This document shows, piece by piece, positions 1 through 12,721 of a DNA stretch of 64,000 nt. The notes beneath the pieces were generated by a model. That model was not told the DNA's origin. It ran no database searches and saw only the letters and a program-made list of their open reading frames with translations. Both the position numbers and the translations under genes were made by a program. Origin of the DNA: Dipteris shenzhenensis (Eukaryota); the NCBI GenBank assembly GCA_047967505.1, contig CM106538.1; one strand, written 5' to 3'. The stretch's first letter is position 1; every line of letters starts with the position of its first letter.

Positions 1-1211
1 TCTTTTAGGAAGTGCAGGCCCATAGTATGGAGTGCTAGTGCCATGGCAAGGCAAGAAGCAGCCATGACCCCATGAGTGCAGGGTAGCAGCAAGCAACTAT
101 AAGGGCTACCAGATCTATGATAAGGTAAAGCCAAGGTAAGATATTTCAGTTGAAACCTGACAAGGTCATAATTACAACAGTATAGATCCATGGCAACTGA
201 GACTAAGCCTAAAGAATCTAGGAACATTTAAGTAGATATGAAGCATGGATCAAAGTTTGGTACTTTCAAAGGAGTAAAGACAAAGTGTTGTAACTTTTGA
301 CCACGGAAAAGATGCCACAGACTGATAGGGAATGACTGCCTGAAGGACTAACAAGCAGAGACCTCGTACTATAGAGAAAACAGAGAATCTTAGTATAGTG
401 GGTGACCCCGCTAGGAGAAGTGGCCATCATAACTAGGCCACTACTGTGGAATAATGTGGAAGAGAGGTTCATGTGTGTATCCAAGGCACAGGAGGCCTCC
501 TCCTAAGAAAGAGAAATAAGGAGCACAATACCTCCCCTTTCATTTCTATTTTTAATGACAGCATGGCCATACACCCTTGAAACGCATGAAACCACCATTG
601 TGAGAGAGGGAAAGAACTATTTGTTATGTACAATGCTCTAGAGACGAATTTTTGGCCAGGTTCCTGTCCATGGAACAAACTCATATTTTCTTATCGCTTA
701 TTCTTCTCTCGTGTACCATAAAACAATAGCCTCTGTTCTATTTTTACCTTGTCCTCTTCTCATTCAAAACTCTTTTTTGCATACACAAGTCAATTTCTAA
801 CCACATAAGTAATCCTGTTCCTTCGTGTTCAAAGTTCTGCATTCTTTTGCACCCATTGAGCATTTCTCACCTGGGTGGGCATGGTGGTAATCTTCCAATA
901 TTACTACTGTAAACTCCCGACAATAGCAGTCCTAGAGTGCCTTCTTACAAAGAATTAGATTTAAGTAAAGGAAGGGAGGTGAGGTGGGAGGGGGAAGGAA
1001 CATGTGTACTATGAATGTTGCATATAAGGAAGCTCCAAAGTGTGCCCATGGGAAAGTTCTTCCATCCATCAGACAACTACCCCTAAATTAACAGAGGCAT
1101 GGAATAGGCATGAAGCAGGATGGTACTGCCCTTCTCTGTCCTCTTGACTTTTTGTCAGGTAATCAGAGCAAAAGAGGCCAGCACGTGCAAAACAAAACAG
1201 TATCCTGTGTT

Positions 1212-1223
1212 GCTGCTGCTGCT

Positions 1224-1264
<41 letters not shown>
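1212..1264. repeat. Compound microsatellite (GCT)n-(CT)n
   Basis: Read directly: gctgctgctgctgct followed by ~20 CT units. Confidence 0.95.
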
Positions 1265-1267
<3 letters not shown>

Positions 1268-1268
<1 letters not shown>

Positions 1269-1822
1269 AGCAGGACGAGGCGCAGGACCATGAGCACAGA
1301 GATAGCCCATCTTGCCAGAGAGCACCGATGGTTCCACCCCGAGGATGTACATATGACATGATCCGGCAGCACCGCAGGATGATCTTACACAGAGGCCGTA
1401 CCCGTCGCTTTATTTCTAGACGACGGAGGATGATGGCAGATTTTCGGAGGAGATTGCTCCATGGAGACTTGGCACCGCCAGCAGCCCATTTGACACTTGC
1501 CCAGATCTTCACACTCATGGCAGGAGGCATGGTCGATGGCCATGACTTCCATCATTTCTTTGGATCACAGACCCCTTAGGGAAGACGATGTTCCTCATAT
1601 TCCATATTTTACATTTTGTATCTAGGCAATTTTGGTACTCTATTTCATTTCATTTTGTATCTAGGATTTTTGTAGCCATTTTTGGCATCTTAGCGGTATT
1701 ACGATGAGGCCACCTAGTTGGCGCATCGTTGATGATGTATTTTCCTTTCGGATGATTTTGTGTCCCATAGGCCATGTATGGCCTTCCGTGGACCTTTAAT
1801 AAAATTTCTTTCTTTCTTTCTT
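1268..1822 (+). mobile_element. 5'-truncated non-LTR retroelement (RTE/RTEX-type 3' end) with (TTTC)n tail
   Basis: Ends in AATAAAA-TTTCTTTCTTTCTTTC. The 3' terminus (gtcccataggcc...ctttaataaaatttctttc) resembles that of the element at 15717-20040. Flanked by the 12-bp direct repeat TCTCTCTCTGAG (1256-1267 and 1823-1834). Confidence 0.7.
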
Positions 1823-1983
1823 TCTCTCTCTGAGCGAGAAGGGAAGCTTTTCGAGACAACATGCCTTAATTTTATAAGAGTTATCATTTATATGCAGAGT
1901 GAACATTTGACCATGCTTTCTCATCAATGTGAAATGTTTTTGCGTACCTCATACATAGCATATGTCTTGACTCTCCATGGCAG

Positions 1984-2066
1984 GATTCTCGCACCTACAA
2001 CCTACATCTTTTTTGCTTCAGCTTTACCAGTACTTGCATTCGGAGAACAGATGGATCGTGATACAA
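1984..2066 (+). CDS. BOR: Borate exporter (BOR/SLC4 family), internal coding exon
   Basis: cag|G ATT CTC...GAT ACA A|gtgag. Encodes (R)[27 protein letters not shown], matching the plant BOR motif [14 protein letters not shown](I/L)PV. Paralog not assignable. Confidence 0.95.
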
Positions 2067-2154
2067 GTGAGTGAGCTCATTTTATGAATGGTTGGTTGAT
2101 CATATGCCATCACTGAAGACCTCAGTCTTTTACAATGTTTCACTCACAAAACAG

Positions 2155-2347
2155 ATGGAGTCTTAACAGCTGTTCAAACACTGGCTTCTACTTCGTTATG
2201 TGGAATCATACACTCAATGTTGGGAGGTCAGCCTGTATTAATTCTCGGAGTTGCAGAACCAACTGTGATAATGTACAATGTCATGTATAATTATGTCAAG
2301 GATAAAAGTCAAATTGGGCCCGAGTTATTCCTAGCCTGGACAGGATG
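2155..2347 (+). CDS. BOR: Borate exporter (BOR/SLC4 family), internal coding exon
   Basis: cag|AT GGA...GGA TG|gtgag. Encodes [65 protein letters not shown]. Phase-compatible with both neighbouring exons. Confidence 0.95.
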
Positions 2348-2520
2348 GTGAGCTCTTCTATGCAATATGTCTGCAATAGGACTGAACTCTACAATTTTCG
2401 AATTCATAAGTTCAATTTTCATGTGTTATAAAGATTCTTTCATTATATTTCCTTTCAATGTCATTTCATAGAGCTATTTTGTGGATGGATGCAGTGTTGA
2501 TGTGCCTTGTCCTTGTAAAG

Positions 2521-2659
2521 GGTTTGTGTTTGGACTGCAGTGCTGTTATTTCTGCTGGCTGTCTTTGGTGCATGCTCCCTTGTGAGTAGATTCACTCGTG
2601 TGGCTGGGGAGTTGTTTGGCTTGCTCATAGCTATGCTATTTGTGCAACAGGCTATCAAG
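2521..2659 (+). CDS. BOR: Borate exporter (BOR/SLC4 family), internal coding exon
   Basis: aag|G GTT TGT...ATC AAG|gtcac. Encodes [46 protein letters not shown], containing the BOR signature [18 protein letters not shown]. Confidence 0.95.
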
Positions 2660-2799
2660 GTCACTTCTTGTTACTCTACTTTCCTCTTTGTGTACAAGCT
2701 GCTACCTGATAACTTTTGTTACACATTGGGTCCTCTCTGTTCATATCATCTACAGCTTGCACCTTAAATATTGTTTCTATGAATTCAAATGTCCATCAG

Positions 2800-2965
2800 G
2801 GTGTTGTGGGAGAGTTTTACTCACAGAGTAGGGAAAACCCTAACCTCGAAGAACTTGAACCTGCCTGGAACTTTGGAAATGGGATGTTTGGGATAGTACT
2901 TTCTTTTGGGTTAGTGATGACGGCATTGTGGAGCAGGAAGGCACGATCATGGCGATATGGAACAG
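2800..2965 (+). CDS. BOR: Borate exporter (BOR/SLC4 family), internal coding exon
   Basis: cag|GGT GTT...GGA ACA G|gtatag. Encodes [55 protein letters not shown](G), containing the BOR signature [12 protein letters not shown]. Confidence 0.95.
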
Positions 2966-3068
2966 GTATAGACAAACTCAGAACCTTATTACTCCAGCTT
3001 TTCTCCCAGGGGTTTGAATGACACTATACATACATGGTTTGGTGTTCCATTTTCCCACCCCTTAAGAA

Positions 3069-3141
3069 AAGGTATTTTTCTATGAAGAATCTACAGTGAA
3101 AACAAGAAGGTATTTTTCTAAGAATCTACAGTGAAAACAAG
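3069..3141. repeat. Short tandem duplication (~38/35 bp)
   Basis: aaggtatttttcta(tga)agaatctacagtgaaaacaag occurs twice. Confidence 0.85.
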
Positions 3142-3334
3142 CAGAAGAACTCCCCACTGTTACACAAAAAAATTTCAAAGGAATTAACAGGACTCCAAAG
3201 CATGGATGGCACCCACTAATGTTAGAAGCCATAATATTAGTCCAGGCCTAGCCATCTACCACACCATCAGCAAACTATTGGCCCTGCTGCACAGGTAACA
3301 CGTTGGCAAAGACAAGGAATCCAAATTACAAGAT

Positions 3335-6300
3335 GAGTTCCTGCCTGCTTCCTCCTCTGACCCCTTCTCCTCCTCTCTCCTCTTCCTGCCCCTCTTTGCC
3401 TTTCTCCTTCCCGCAGCTTTTCTGGAACGGACAGAGCTTTCTTCTATTCGAGTCGGCCTTCTCATCTCAATTGGTGATGGATCCTCCCTCAGTCAATCCT
3501 TCTCCGTCTCCACCAGCCACGAAAACTATCACATTTTCAAAAGACGACTTGCAGCAGCTCAAGAAGCATGTAGAGCTTGAATGCTCGACCACTTTGATCG
3601 CACGCATTTATGGGTCTCACCCTTCGAGGTCACAAGCTAGAGACTGGATGCTTGCGGCGCTTCCCCCAAACTTCACCCCTCGATTCAAAGATGTTCACCT
3701 TTTGGGACGAGGTTTTTTCTAGGTTGTATTTGACTCTCCAGAGGCTGCAAGCGCCGTGCTCCAAGCCCGTTTTCTATACCTAGGACACAAGAAGATTTTC
3801 TTTGGTGCCTTCTCTCTAGGCTTTGACCCCATGGAGGAGGATAAGGAGGCATTTTCGCTCTTTATCAGGTTCCCCGGGCTCCCCCAAGTCTACCATTGCC
3901 TTCTTCATGTGATTGGGGAGCACTTCGGTATGGTCATTGAGGTCCCCCTCCTCCCTGGGTTGCCCTTGACAGCTGCAGAGGCAACCAAGTCTAACGGGGT
4001 CCCTTACGAAAGACCCTAACATTTCAGATGATCATATCTTACTCCGGATGGATCTTTCTTTTAACAGAGAGTGGAGGTTGCAAACATATTGGACCAGTGC
4101 AGGATTTGTTGGACCCTTGGGCATTTCACCAGGGATTTGCCCCAGGAAGAAGAAAAGGACTAAAAAGCCTTCTAGTACAGCAACTCCCCTTCGCCCTCAA
4201 CAGGGGGGTGGGATAGCTCCTGCGCCTTGCTGTCCAACCTAGGCAGGGTGGTGGTACTGCTCATCCACGACAAAGCGCTCCTCCTCCATAGAGTACTCCT
4301 TTGGTACCGCCGCCTCTTGCCTCGGGTGCCTCATGTCCCCCATTGGCACCCGCAGCACTTCGTTGGCTCTCGGTTCGGGTACAAAGCCTACACCCTCGAA
4401 TGTTCAGGAGGCCGCCATCATCAACTCCACCTCCTTAGGAGCTTTGGAGTTTCCTACTGTGGTTGTTCCCAATGTTGCACCTCACACAGCCTAGGACGCT
4501 TCAGCTACACTTGAGCCCCAGTTGCAGCCTCTCGCCCAGACCCAGAGGTTGCCCTTCTCCCTATCCCAGTGGTAGCCCCTCTCCCTGACATCGCACATTC
4601 TCTGGTTGGAGGGGCCTCCGTAGCTTTTCAGATAGAGGGTTCTCAGGAGCAGTCTTCAGCTCCCCTCTTGGATAAGGGAAAAGGGGTTGGGTACCCCATA
4701 GATCCGCTTCTTTCTGAAGGGATCCTCCGCAACCCTATGTCGGGCCTGGTTCACAGGAACTCCTTTTCAGTCCTGGCAGATTTCCACGAGGAGGACTTTG
4801 TGCCCTCTTCTCTTGGTGAGGCAGTGATTGGGGTTCCTGTTGATGACAGGGCATCTTCTTCTTTAGGTGGCAAGGTGTTTTCTCCTCTTGATTTCCCGCC
4901 AGTTGGTTCCATCCCTTGCTCTTTGAGCAAAAGGTCTTCCCCTGTTGAAGGGTTTGTTTCCACCACTAGGTCGGTAAGATGTTCCTTTCTACATCCTCCC
5001 GTCAATGAGGATTGTTAGCTGGAACATACAGGGACTGTGGCGTCCCTCATCGCCGTCGCAGACAGCTGATACGGAATCAGCTTCATCCAAGTGTTACTGG
5101 CGGTTCTATTGATGTTTTACTCTTGAAGGAGCACAAGCTGGATGCCAGTGATTGTACAAAGTCAGGCAAGCTACTTTTAGGTCACACCTTTTGGTCACCT
5201 GCCTTTGGTACTAGGGGAGGTACTTGTATTTTAGTTTCGGATTCTTTTGTCCCCTTGGTTGTCAGACATGGTGTGATCTTACGCTCTAGAGCCCATTGGG
5301 TTCTTCTTTTGATTGGGGGTCGCAAGGTTGGACTCCTCAACCTTTATGCCCCTAATAACAGAGGGGATCATGTATAATTTTGGAAGGAGTTGCTCTCCTT
5401 GGCCTCCATTGTAGATTCATGGGTCATAGGAGGGAACTTCAACATGGTAGAGTTACCCTCATATAAAAAAGGGGGCAGAGTGGGCGGCATCCATTCTTTG
5501 GAGAGGGTAGCGTGGGATGCTTTCCTCTTCAGTTTCAGCGGCAGAGATGTTTGGCTTGACAATGCTTTTCACACTCAGTCTCACAGTCACTCCTATCTAC
5601 TTGGTCGAATAGGAGGCCGCAAATGCCTATCCATGCACCGATTGATCGATTTTATATTGATGATTGGGCCTTGGATAAAGGAGGATCAGTTTGCATTGCT
5701 CCTAGGGTTTCCACTTCGAATCACTTTCTGATTGTTTTGATGGTTTCCGAGCTACATTTGAGAAGGTGTTCTACCAACATTAGGATTCTTGATATCCTTT
5801 ATGTAGAGGAAGACCTCTCAGAAGCAACTTTACAGATCTGGGTTTCTCATGTGTAGCTTGGAGCACCCTCCCCATCACTTTTGGTAGCAGCCCTCTCTGA
5901 TATTAGCGACTTTTATCATCTAGTTGCTAGTACCAGGAGACGTGAGGTTCTCAGGCGATAGATTGGTCTGCACCAGCAGTTGGCAGCTTTGCAGAGGGAA
6001 GAGCAAAAGAGGCCACTTGATGCTTGGATCCAAGAGCACCTTGCTACGCAGCAAGGGCTCATCAGCAAATTTTGTTGGATCAGAGAGCAGAGTTTGCCTT
6101 TCATGCACGAGAGTCCTTCTGGATACAGATGGGAGGTAGAGTCAATAAGCAGTTCTTCTCTACTCATGGCCCCGAACATAGTAGAGAGAGTGTCTCTCAG
6201 CTTATTGACTCAGACTGAGTTTTGCAGTCAGATCCAAATGCCATCATGCGCATAGCTACATATTTTTATGCCTCCTTTCTTTCAACAGATCTTGGTATTG

Positions 6301-6405
6301 TGGTTGTCGATGATGCCATACAGGTCATTTGGCAATGTATCCCTAGGTTGGTGAGTCCAGATATTAGACTCTCTTGATGCACCTTTTACCAACCTAGAAT
6401 TCAGA
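3335..6405 (+). mobile_element. L1-type LINE family A, copy 1 (ORF1 + APE endonuclease; lacks RT and 3' end)
   Basis: ORF1 from ATG 3477 (MDPPSVN...LLGRGFF*, DUF4283-like) with zinc knuckle CRICWTLGHF at ~4103. ORF2 from ATG 5005 with MRIVSWNIQG, LLLKEH, LNLYAPN, IGGNFN, IDRFY. Many stops and frameshifts. 5' boundary approximate. Confidence 0.9.
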
Positions 6406-6522
6406 AGGTTGTATACTACCCGGGTATATAACGTTAGGGGCTAACTATACATTTGACTTTTCTATATAACTTCAGTTTTAAAGTAATAATTTTCCATATA
6501 TCCGTTCTTGGATACCTCTTTG

Positions 6523-6655
6523 ATGACTGCTTCACTGAGTTGGACTTTATAATTTGAAAATGTTGCATTCGAAGGTTCTATTTTCTTATGACTGTTTCAC
6601 TCAGTTGGACTTTATAATTTGAAAATGTTTCCCTAAGTTGGATTTTATAATTTGA
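6523..6655. repeat. Degenerate tandem repeat (65-bp spacing plus a partial third copy)
   Basis: atgactg(c/t)ttcact(g/c)agttggactttataatttgaaaatgtt twice, then agttggattttataatttga. Confidence 0.8.
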
Positions 6656-7042
6656 TGGACATTTTCTAATACATTTACAGTATAATTCCATAGCTTGCAA
6701 TTCATTTAAGATTTGTGATCACCAGCCCAGTGGCTGAAAATTTGATAATAGATAAAGAGAACCATCCTAAAAGGGACTGTCTTAGTATAGCACTTTGCAA
6801 CAATTTTGATTCGTTTTAGGATAGTGTGATGCCAAAATTTGATATTTTTTATTTGGCATTGGTAGTTAACTAGGTTGCTACCAGCCTTCATTCTCTGAAG
6901 TTTCCTTATCCTTTAGCTTCTCTTTACCTTTGTCCTTTGCCTTTGTAAGAGTGTGTACCTTTATTAAATGCTCATTTTCTGATTTAGATGCATTATCTAG
7001 AGTAGTATTGGTTGAAATGTGTGGGTTGCCAAAAACCAAATG

Positions 7043-7059
7043 CACACACACACACACAC
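7043..7059. repeat. (CA)n microsatellite, left flank of LINE B
   Basis: Read directly. Confidence 0.95.
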
Positions 7060-7379
7060 TTCTTTTTTTTTTCGGTGGAATCTTTGAGTCATTATATTAC
7101 AAAAAAGCTATCCCAGAAAGGGAGAGCTATAATACATCAAGACAAAATCTCACTGTAGGACAAATATACATCATGATCAAAGACACGAGATTGCAAGCAA
7201 TCAAAAAGCGATTGTTGCTGCAAAGAGTGTATGAAGAAAGAGAAAGTGGAAAAAACAGGATCACCAAAGACCCTATGATTGCGATCCTTCCAGAGAGTCT
7301 AGAGTGCCCAGTTCGAACCCAAACAAAAAGAAATCAAACTCCTGTCTGGGTGGATGTACACCAAAAAGCCAGAAGAACT

Positions 7380-10300
7380 TGCCAAAAGCAATTTGAGGAA
7401 ACCGAGCTCTCAATATCTACCCAAGGAAGTCCAAGAAAGAACGAGAGGAAGGACAATGCCAAAAGAGATGAGGCATAGTCTCTCTCGGAGCCAGACTTCT
7501 GTGACAAATAGAGGAAGCAATATGTCGTCGTGCCAAGACCTGTCCATGAGAAAGAACACCCAACAAAGCTCTCCCCAAGAAAACCTGCTGACGGAGAGGA
7601 ATCTTAGAATGCCAAATCTGTCTCAAACATTTCCGCCACCATTTCATAGGACGATTAAGATGCCAAAGCTAATTTGCCTTTTGTGAGATAAATGGCGGAG
7701 GAAGTAGAACTTTATAAAGAGAAGACACTGTAATATGTGCAAACTGCAGAGGACGGTATGACAAGCCCACAGAAGAAAGTGTCCAGTCTTGAAGACGATC
7801 CTATAGATGCAATGGAGGAACCAGCTGAAAAGGTTGGAGCATCAAAGTAATCTTATGCCAAAGTGGACGATAATGCATTCCAAGGCCAAATTTGGCAGTG
7901 GCCAAAGGAAAAGTAAGGGGAATTCCAGCATCATCAACAACATCCTGAACCAAATGAATCCCCTTGAGACTCAGAAAATACGAACGTCAAGGCTCCTGCA
8001 AAGCCAAAGGAAGGGCAAACACTCTAGACCAATGTATACTTTCAGCTTTGAAAGAGTTTCCCTGCAAGGAATCACTGCCATGCCAATCCAAGTGAGAAAG
8101 GATATGTTTTCAATCCATCAACAAATGGAAACCAAAGGACAGTCGGGGATTTTGCCTGTCACCGAACCAAAAAGAAACTCCCACTGGAAAAGCTGCCAAT
8201 GACCCAAAGCTGGAGATTCAACATGCAAGAGTAAATGACGAATCATGGCAGCCCATGGTTGAGAACCTTGCAAAAACTGCAGCATGAGTTTCCCCTTATG
8301 AGCAAGAATGTGCAGATGGATATTAAGAATATTAAGACCTCCATGCATCTTTGGAGAACAAAGCTGTTGCACCGGAAGCAAATGCATGCTTTTTTTGCCA
8401 TGGCGAGAACCCCAGAAGATTTCCAGCAGCTCAGACATAAAAGAGGCAAGATCAGCCTTGTTGAACATAATAAGAGGCAAGTAGAATTGAATATACGCCA
8501 TCAGAATAGATTGCACAATTCGAAGAAGAACATGCAGAGGCCAAGTTGCCAATTTCTAGTAGTCCAGCTATTTCTTGAGAGTTGCAAGAATCCAATCAGA
8601 TTGTTGACGAGGAGAAAGTGTCCAACTCAAAGGATAGCCAAGATGACGAACCAATTGAGTTGGTGGGATGATTTCTCCAAGCCATAAAAGAGACTGCCAT
8701 TCCTTGGAATGCAAAGGCAACAATTTTGATTTCTGAAAATTTACATGAAGCCCAGCAGCTAAACCATATAAAGAAAGAGCTTGCATCAGCTCAGAAATAT
8801 CTTGCTCTGTATTGCAGGGAGTGAAAAAAGAATCATCTGCATAAGCTTGAGCAAGCAATGGTTTACTGTCATGAATTTCCAAAGCATGTAGCTTATCCGT
8901 AGCTACGAGATGATCCATAAACTGAAGCATGGAGTGCGTGGCTATAGCATACAGGAGTGCACTAAGTGGACAGCCTTGACGCACCGAGCAATGAAGAGTC
9001 CATGCTTCAGAGATATCCCTAGAAAGAATGCAAGCAGCTTGACTGTCACTATAAAGCCAATATATGATATGCTGCAATTTCTGCCCAAATCCCAAGGCAT
9101 GCATTATCTAAGAGATAAAGTCCCATTGAACGTATCAAAAGCCTTAGCAATATCAACTTGTAGTAAAAGAACATCCTTCTCTGTGTATTTGGCATACTCA
9201 ATTCCAACATAAGCATTTGCGATATTATCAGTGATATGCTTGCGAGGAACAAAACCATATTGTGCAGGATGTAAACCATCATGCAAGTATCCTTTAATAC
9301 GATCAACAACCATTTTGGTGATGATTTTATAAATGACAGGCATAAGAGTAATAGGTCTCCAATCAGCCAATGATTCACAAATCTGCTTTTTGGGAAGAAG
9401 CTTTATTAGCCCTTTTTTCCAAGAAACTGGCATATGTTGCTGTTCCTACGCATGGTTGATCATACGCAGGAAAATGGGCTTGAGAAGATCCCAGTATGCA
9501 AGAAAAAATTCCACTGTAAGGCCATCCCATCCCAGAGATTTCCATTTACCACATGATCGGACAGCAGTGGTCAATTTTGTTTCAGTGAAAGGGCATCTAG
9601 GCTCAAGAGCTTGTGCATGGGAAACAATAGGGAAAACATGCTGCAGTAATTGAGTCCGGGCTGCCAATACTACCAGAGAAAGAGGATCAGCCTGTCCAAA
9701 CTACCATGAACACAAGCTGCAGCAAGTTGAGCTCGAGAGGATGTCCAATGTCCATCAGAAAGCAAAGTACGACAAATATTGGTAGCTTGTCGCTTATGAT
9801 GTAAGCTCTTAAAAAAACCCCTTAATGAGCAACCTTTATCCAAGAAAGCTCGCTCACGAGCTCTTGTCTCCCATTTGGCAATTTTTCTATGATCATTACT
9901 TTGCAAACAATGTCTAGCTTGGCCTAAAGATGTGCTTTCTTCAAGAGACAAAAACCGAAAATGACTGAGTTCAGTCTGACAGGTAGATTTTGCCCGAGCA
10001 ACCATATCCCTCAATGTTTTGAGATAATTTTTGCCATAATCCCGAATAATTGATTGCATACGAGCAACAAATGCATCCTAGGCATAATCAGTATCAATAA
10101 AACTCTGATGTGAAAGAGGTTGACATGCATCATACACCATGGCCTTAAAATGATCATGATCCAAATAGCTATTGTTAACCATGAGGAGCCTTCTGTGTGG
10201 AAGCCGATCATCCGGCATGTCATGCAGAGAAATCCTCAAATATAGAGGTGCTGCATGATCAAAATGCACAAATGCATGATCAACTGACAAGGTAGTAGTA

Positions 10301-10935
10301 AAAGTATCAGAGTGCTGAGGATCAACTCTGTACCACCTGTCCAGTCTAGCTTTGTTTGTGATTGAGCATTGTGCTGGAAAGTAAACCCAGGCAGCAATGG
10401 ATAAGATGCTGTCCAAAGATCAGCAAAATTGAAATCAAGCAACAATTTAGACCAGCTCTGCCTCTCAGAGGCCAACATATGTGTATGGCCAGATGTATTA
10501 TCCCCTGGCTGAGGAGCATTGTTGAAATCACCACAAAGAAAAGCATATTGCCTCCATGGATACTGCATATCTTCCCAAATCTGTCCTCGATGACGGGAGG
10601 ATTGAGGAGCATAGACAGATGCAAATCCAAAGATATCACCCTGTACAATGCATTGCATAACCAGCCACTGCCTTGTGAATCATTGAAGGCCACATAGGGA
10701 TGAAGATCATGCCTGATCAAAAAGACTACTCTCGAAAAGGAATGTTGTCCAGCATAGAAAATCTCATAACCGTGAAAATGACCATGCTGTCCGGCATACA
10801 CATGCTGATTATGTTCCTGAAAAGCTACCACATCTAGTTGTAAGTGATTGAGATACCCCCAGACTTTCTTCCATTTAGAAGCATCACACAAACCCTGTAC
10901 ATTAAGTGTCAAAGATATGAGTTTCGACAGAATAT
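7380..10935 (-). pseudogene. LINE B ORF2: APE endonuclease, reverse transcriptase, C-terminal zinc finger (disrupted)
   Basis: EN motifs LTLNVQGL, VAFQEH, SVYAP, CGDFN, RLDRWY. RT motifs WRPITL, QYGF, DIAKAFD, VRQGCPLS, YADD, HLGYP. C-terminal C..C...ETMPHLFWHC. Split over several frames. Confidence 0.9.
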
Positions 10936-10944
10936 TTATAGATT

Positions 10945-12165
10945 ATGTACAGCAGAGGGAAAACTGAAATCAGGCCTGCATATCAACCTCAAGATCCGGG
11001 CCCCGCGGCCCTGAGGTATCACAACTGGTTGAGAAGTGGACAGCAAACCAACAATATTTTCTTCGGGAAAGAGAGTCCGACTGGCTGTCACATCTGCCCA
11101 TGTAATACCCACTCCTGAATTTTCTTTAGGAGTACGAATAGTCGAGGATGCACCATTCCAAGTGCGAGAAGGTAAAGGTCATCTAGCTGCGACAGTTTTC
11201 CTGGGAGTTTGCCAGACCTCCTGCAAAGTTTTGTCTTTTCCTCTAGACTGAGAGGTGGAAGGCATAGAGGGAGAGGCATTCCCATTGGATACAACAAGTG
11301 TCTTGCCTTTTTCTTGAGCTGAGTAAGAGGCTTGACACCCTTCTGTTTGAGAACAGGCTGACCCATCATTTCTTTAGTAGGCATCTGAGAAGGCATATTT
11401 TCCAAAGGTCTTTTCTTCATAACAAGAGGGCACTGAGAAGCCGTGTGGCCAAAATTCTTACATTCAAAACATGCACCTGCAAATAGGCCCCACTTGAGTT
11501 TGTAAAAAGCATTGCCCATATCCACCTGATTCACCGTAACAGAATAAGAGTCAGGACTGGGATGATCAGTATCCCACAAAATGCAAAATCGGTTGAAGCT
11601 CCCATTTGGCCGCGGAGGGCACACCATCTTACCCAATGATACTCCAATTTTGGGTAAGAGAGAAGCCAAGCACTGAGGGAAGTCAACCACTTCCACCCAT
11701 ACTGGACAGTGATGGCGAATTAAAGCGTGATAATCCTTGGTGGGCGACCAGGGCAAAACATGCACCATCTGCTGCCCATAAAACAAAGCGGAGTGTTCAA
11801 GGAGCATCTGTTTGTGCAGTTCATCTGTCATAATAACCTCAAAAAAACCCCGAGCAGCATAATGCACTTTCCAAACAAAACAACCACCCAAAGTCCTGGT
11901 GAGCCAATTTCCCACATCTACTGTAACAAGCATGCGCCCCGGGGAAAAAATAATAATAGCATGCTTGGCGTATTCACGCATGGGATCAACGATGTCATCC
12001 ACCTCCACCATGAGCCCAACAGTGGGAGCAGAGTCCTTTCAATCCCAACGCGTGTCTTCAAAGTCCTCATGCATAACATCAAAAACCAGTTGAGCCTCAA
12101 GAGAGGCATGCATCGAGTCATCCTGACCCGAGTCTTCTTGTGCATGTAGGTCTTGACAGTTTCCA
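10945..12165 (-). pseudogene. LINE B ORF1 (DUF4283-like region + CCHC zinc knuckle)
   Basis: ORF 11088-12011 contains ARGFFEV, VLPWSP, PVWVEV and CFECKNFGHTASQC. Ends approximate. Confidence 0.85.
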
Positions 12166-12687
12166 TGGAAAAATGAAAAGAGTAAAAAGGAGATGTTGTA
12201 TGGGAAAGACAAAAGGAAACAGAGAGAGAGGCTGAGAACAGCAGCAAATGAACTGTACGGAAAGAAGAAAAGGGAGCAGTCGAGGCTGTATGGATTGATA
12301 GGGCCTGCAGGGATACGCAGGAGCATACGGAACATAGGTACTAATTGAAGAAGCTGTATGGAAAAGCAGAGAACAATACGTATGTACTGTGGGTAGGTGT
12401 ACGGATGTACGAAAAACCCTATACAAACAAAACACCTTGTACGGATGGACGAAACAGTACGGAACAGAGGTACATAATTAAATAGGTTGTACAGAGTGAT
12501 GAAAGAACAGAAAAAGTACAAGAAAAGGGTGAAGGATCTGTACCGAAAAGCTAGGAGAAAGTGGAATCTGCAAGAAAGAGGCAAATAGGAAGAAAAGAGG
12601 CTCTAGAAGGGCAGCTAGCAGCAGTGAGCAGGCTGGAGAGGCTGTACGGACATTAGGGCAGCAACAAGAGGCAGCAGGTCGGGGTCA

Positions 12688-12688
<1 letters not shown>

Positions 12689-12718
<30 letters not shown>
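12689..12718. repeat. (CA)15 microsatellite, right flank of LINE B
   Basis: Read directly. Confidence 0.95.

Positions 12719-12720
<2 letters not shown>

Positions 12721-12721
<1 letters not shown>

Larger units (their letters stand above)
7063..12688 (-). mobile_element. Near full-length L1/Tx1-type LINE (family B) flanked by (CA)n on both sides
   Basis: Poly(A) tail seen as T10 at 7063-7072. Contains 5' UTR, ORF1 and ORF2 remnants. 5' end abuts (CA)15 at 12689. Confidence 0.9.

Noticed and set aside
1-1100. Short ORFs at the window start
   Set aside because: No recognisable domain, splice pattern or element termini; left unannotated.
1110-1158. MKQDG... followed by gtaatc as BOR first exon
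   Set aside because: Wrong splice phase for the exon at 1984, the alternative frame has a stop, and there is no real match to the BOR N-terminus.
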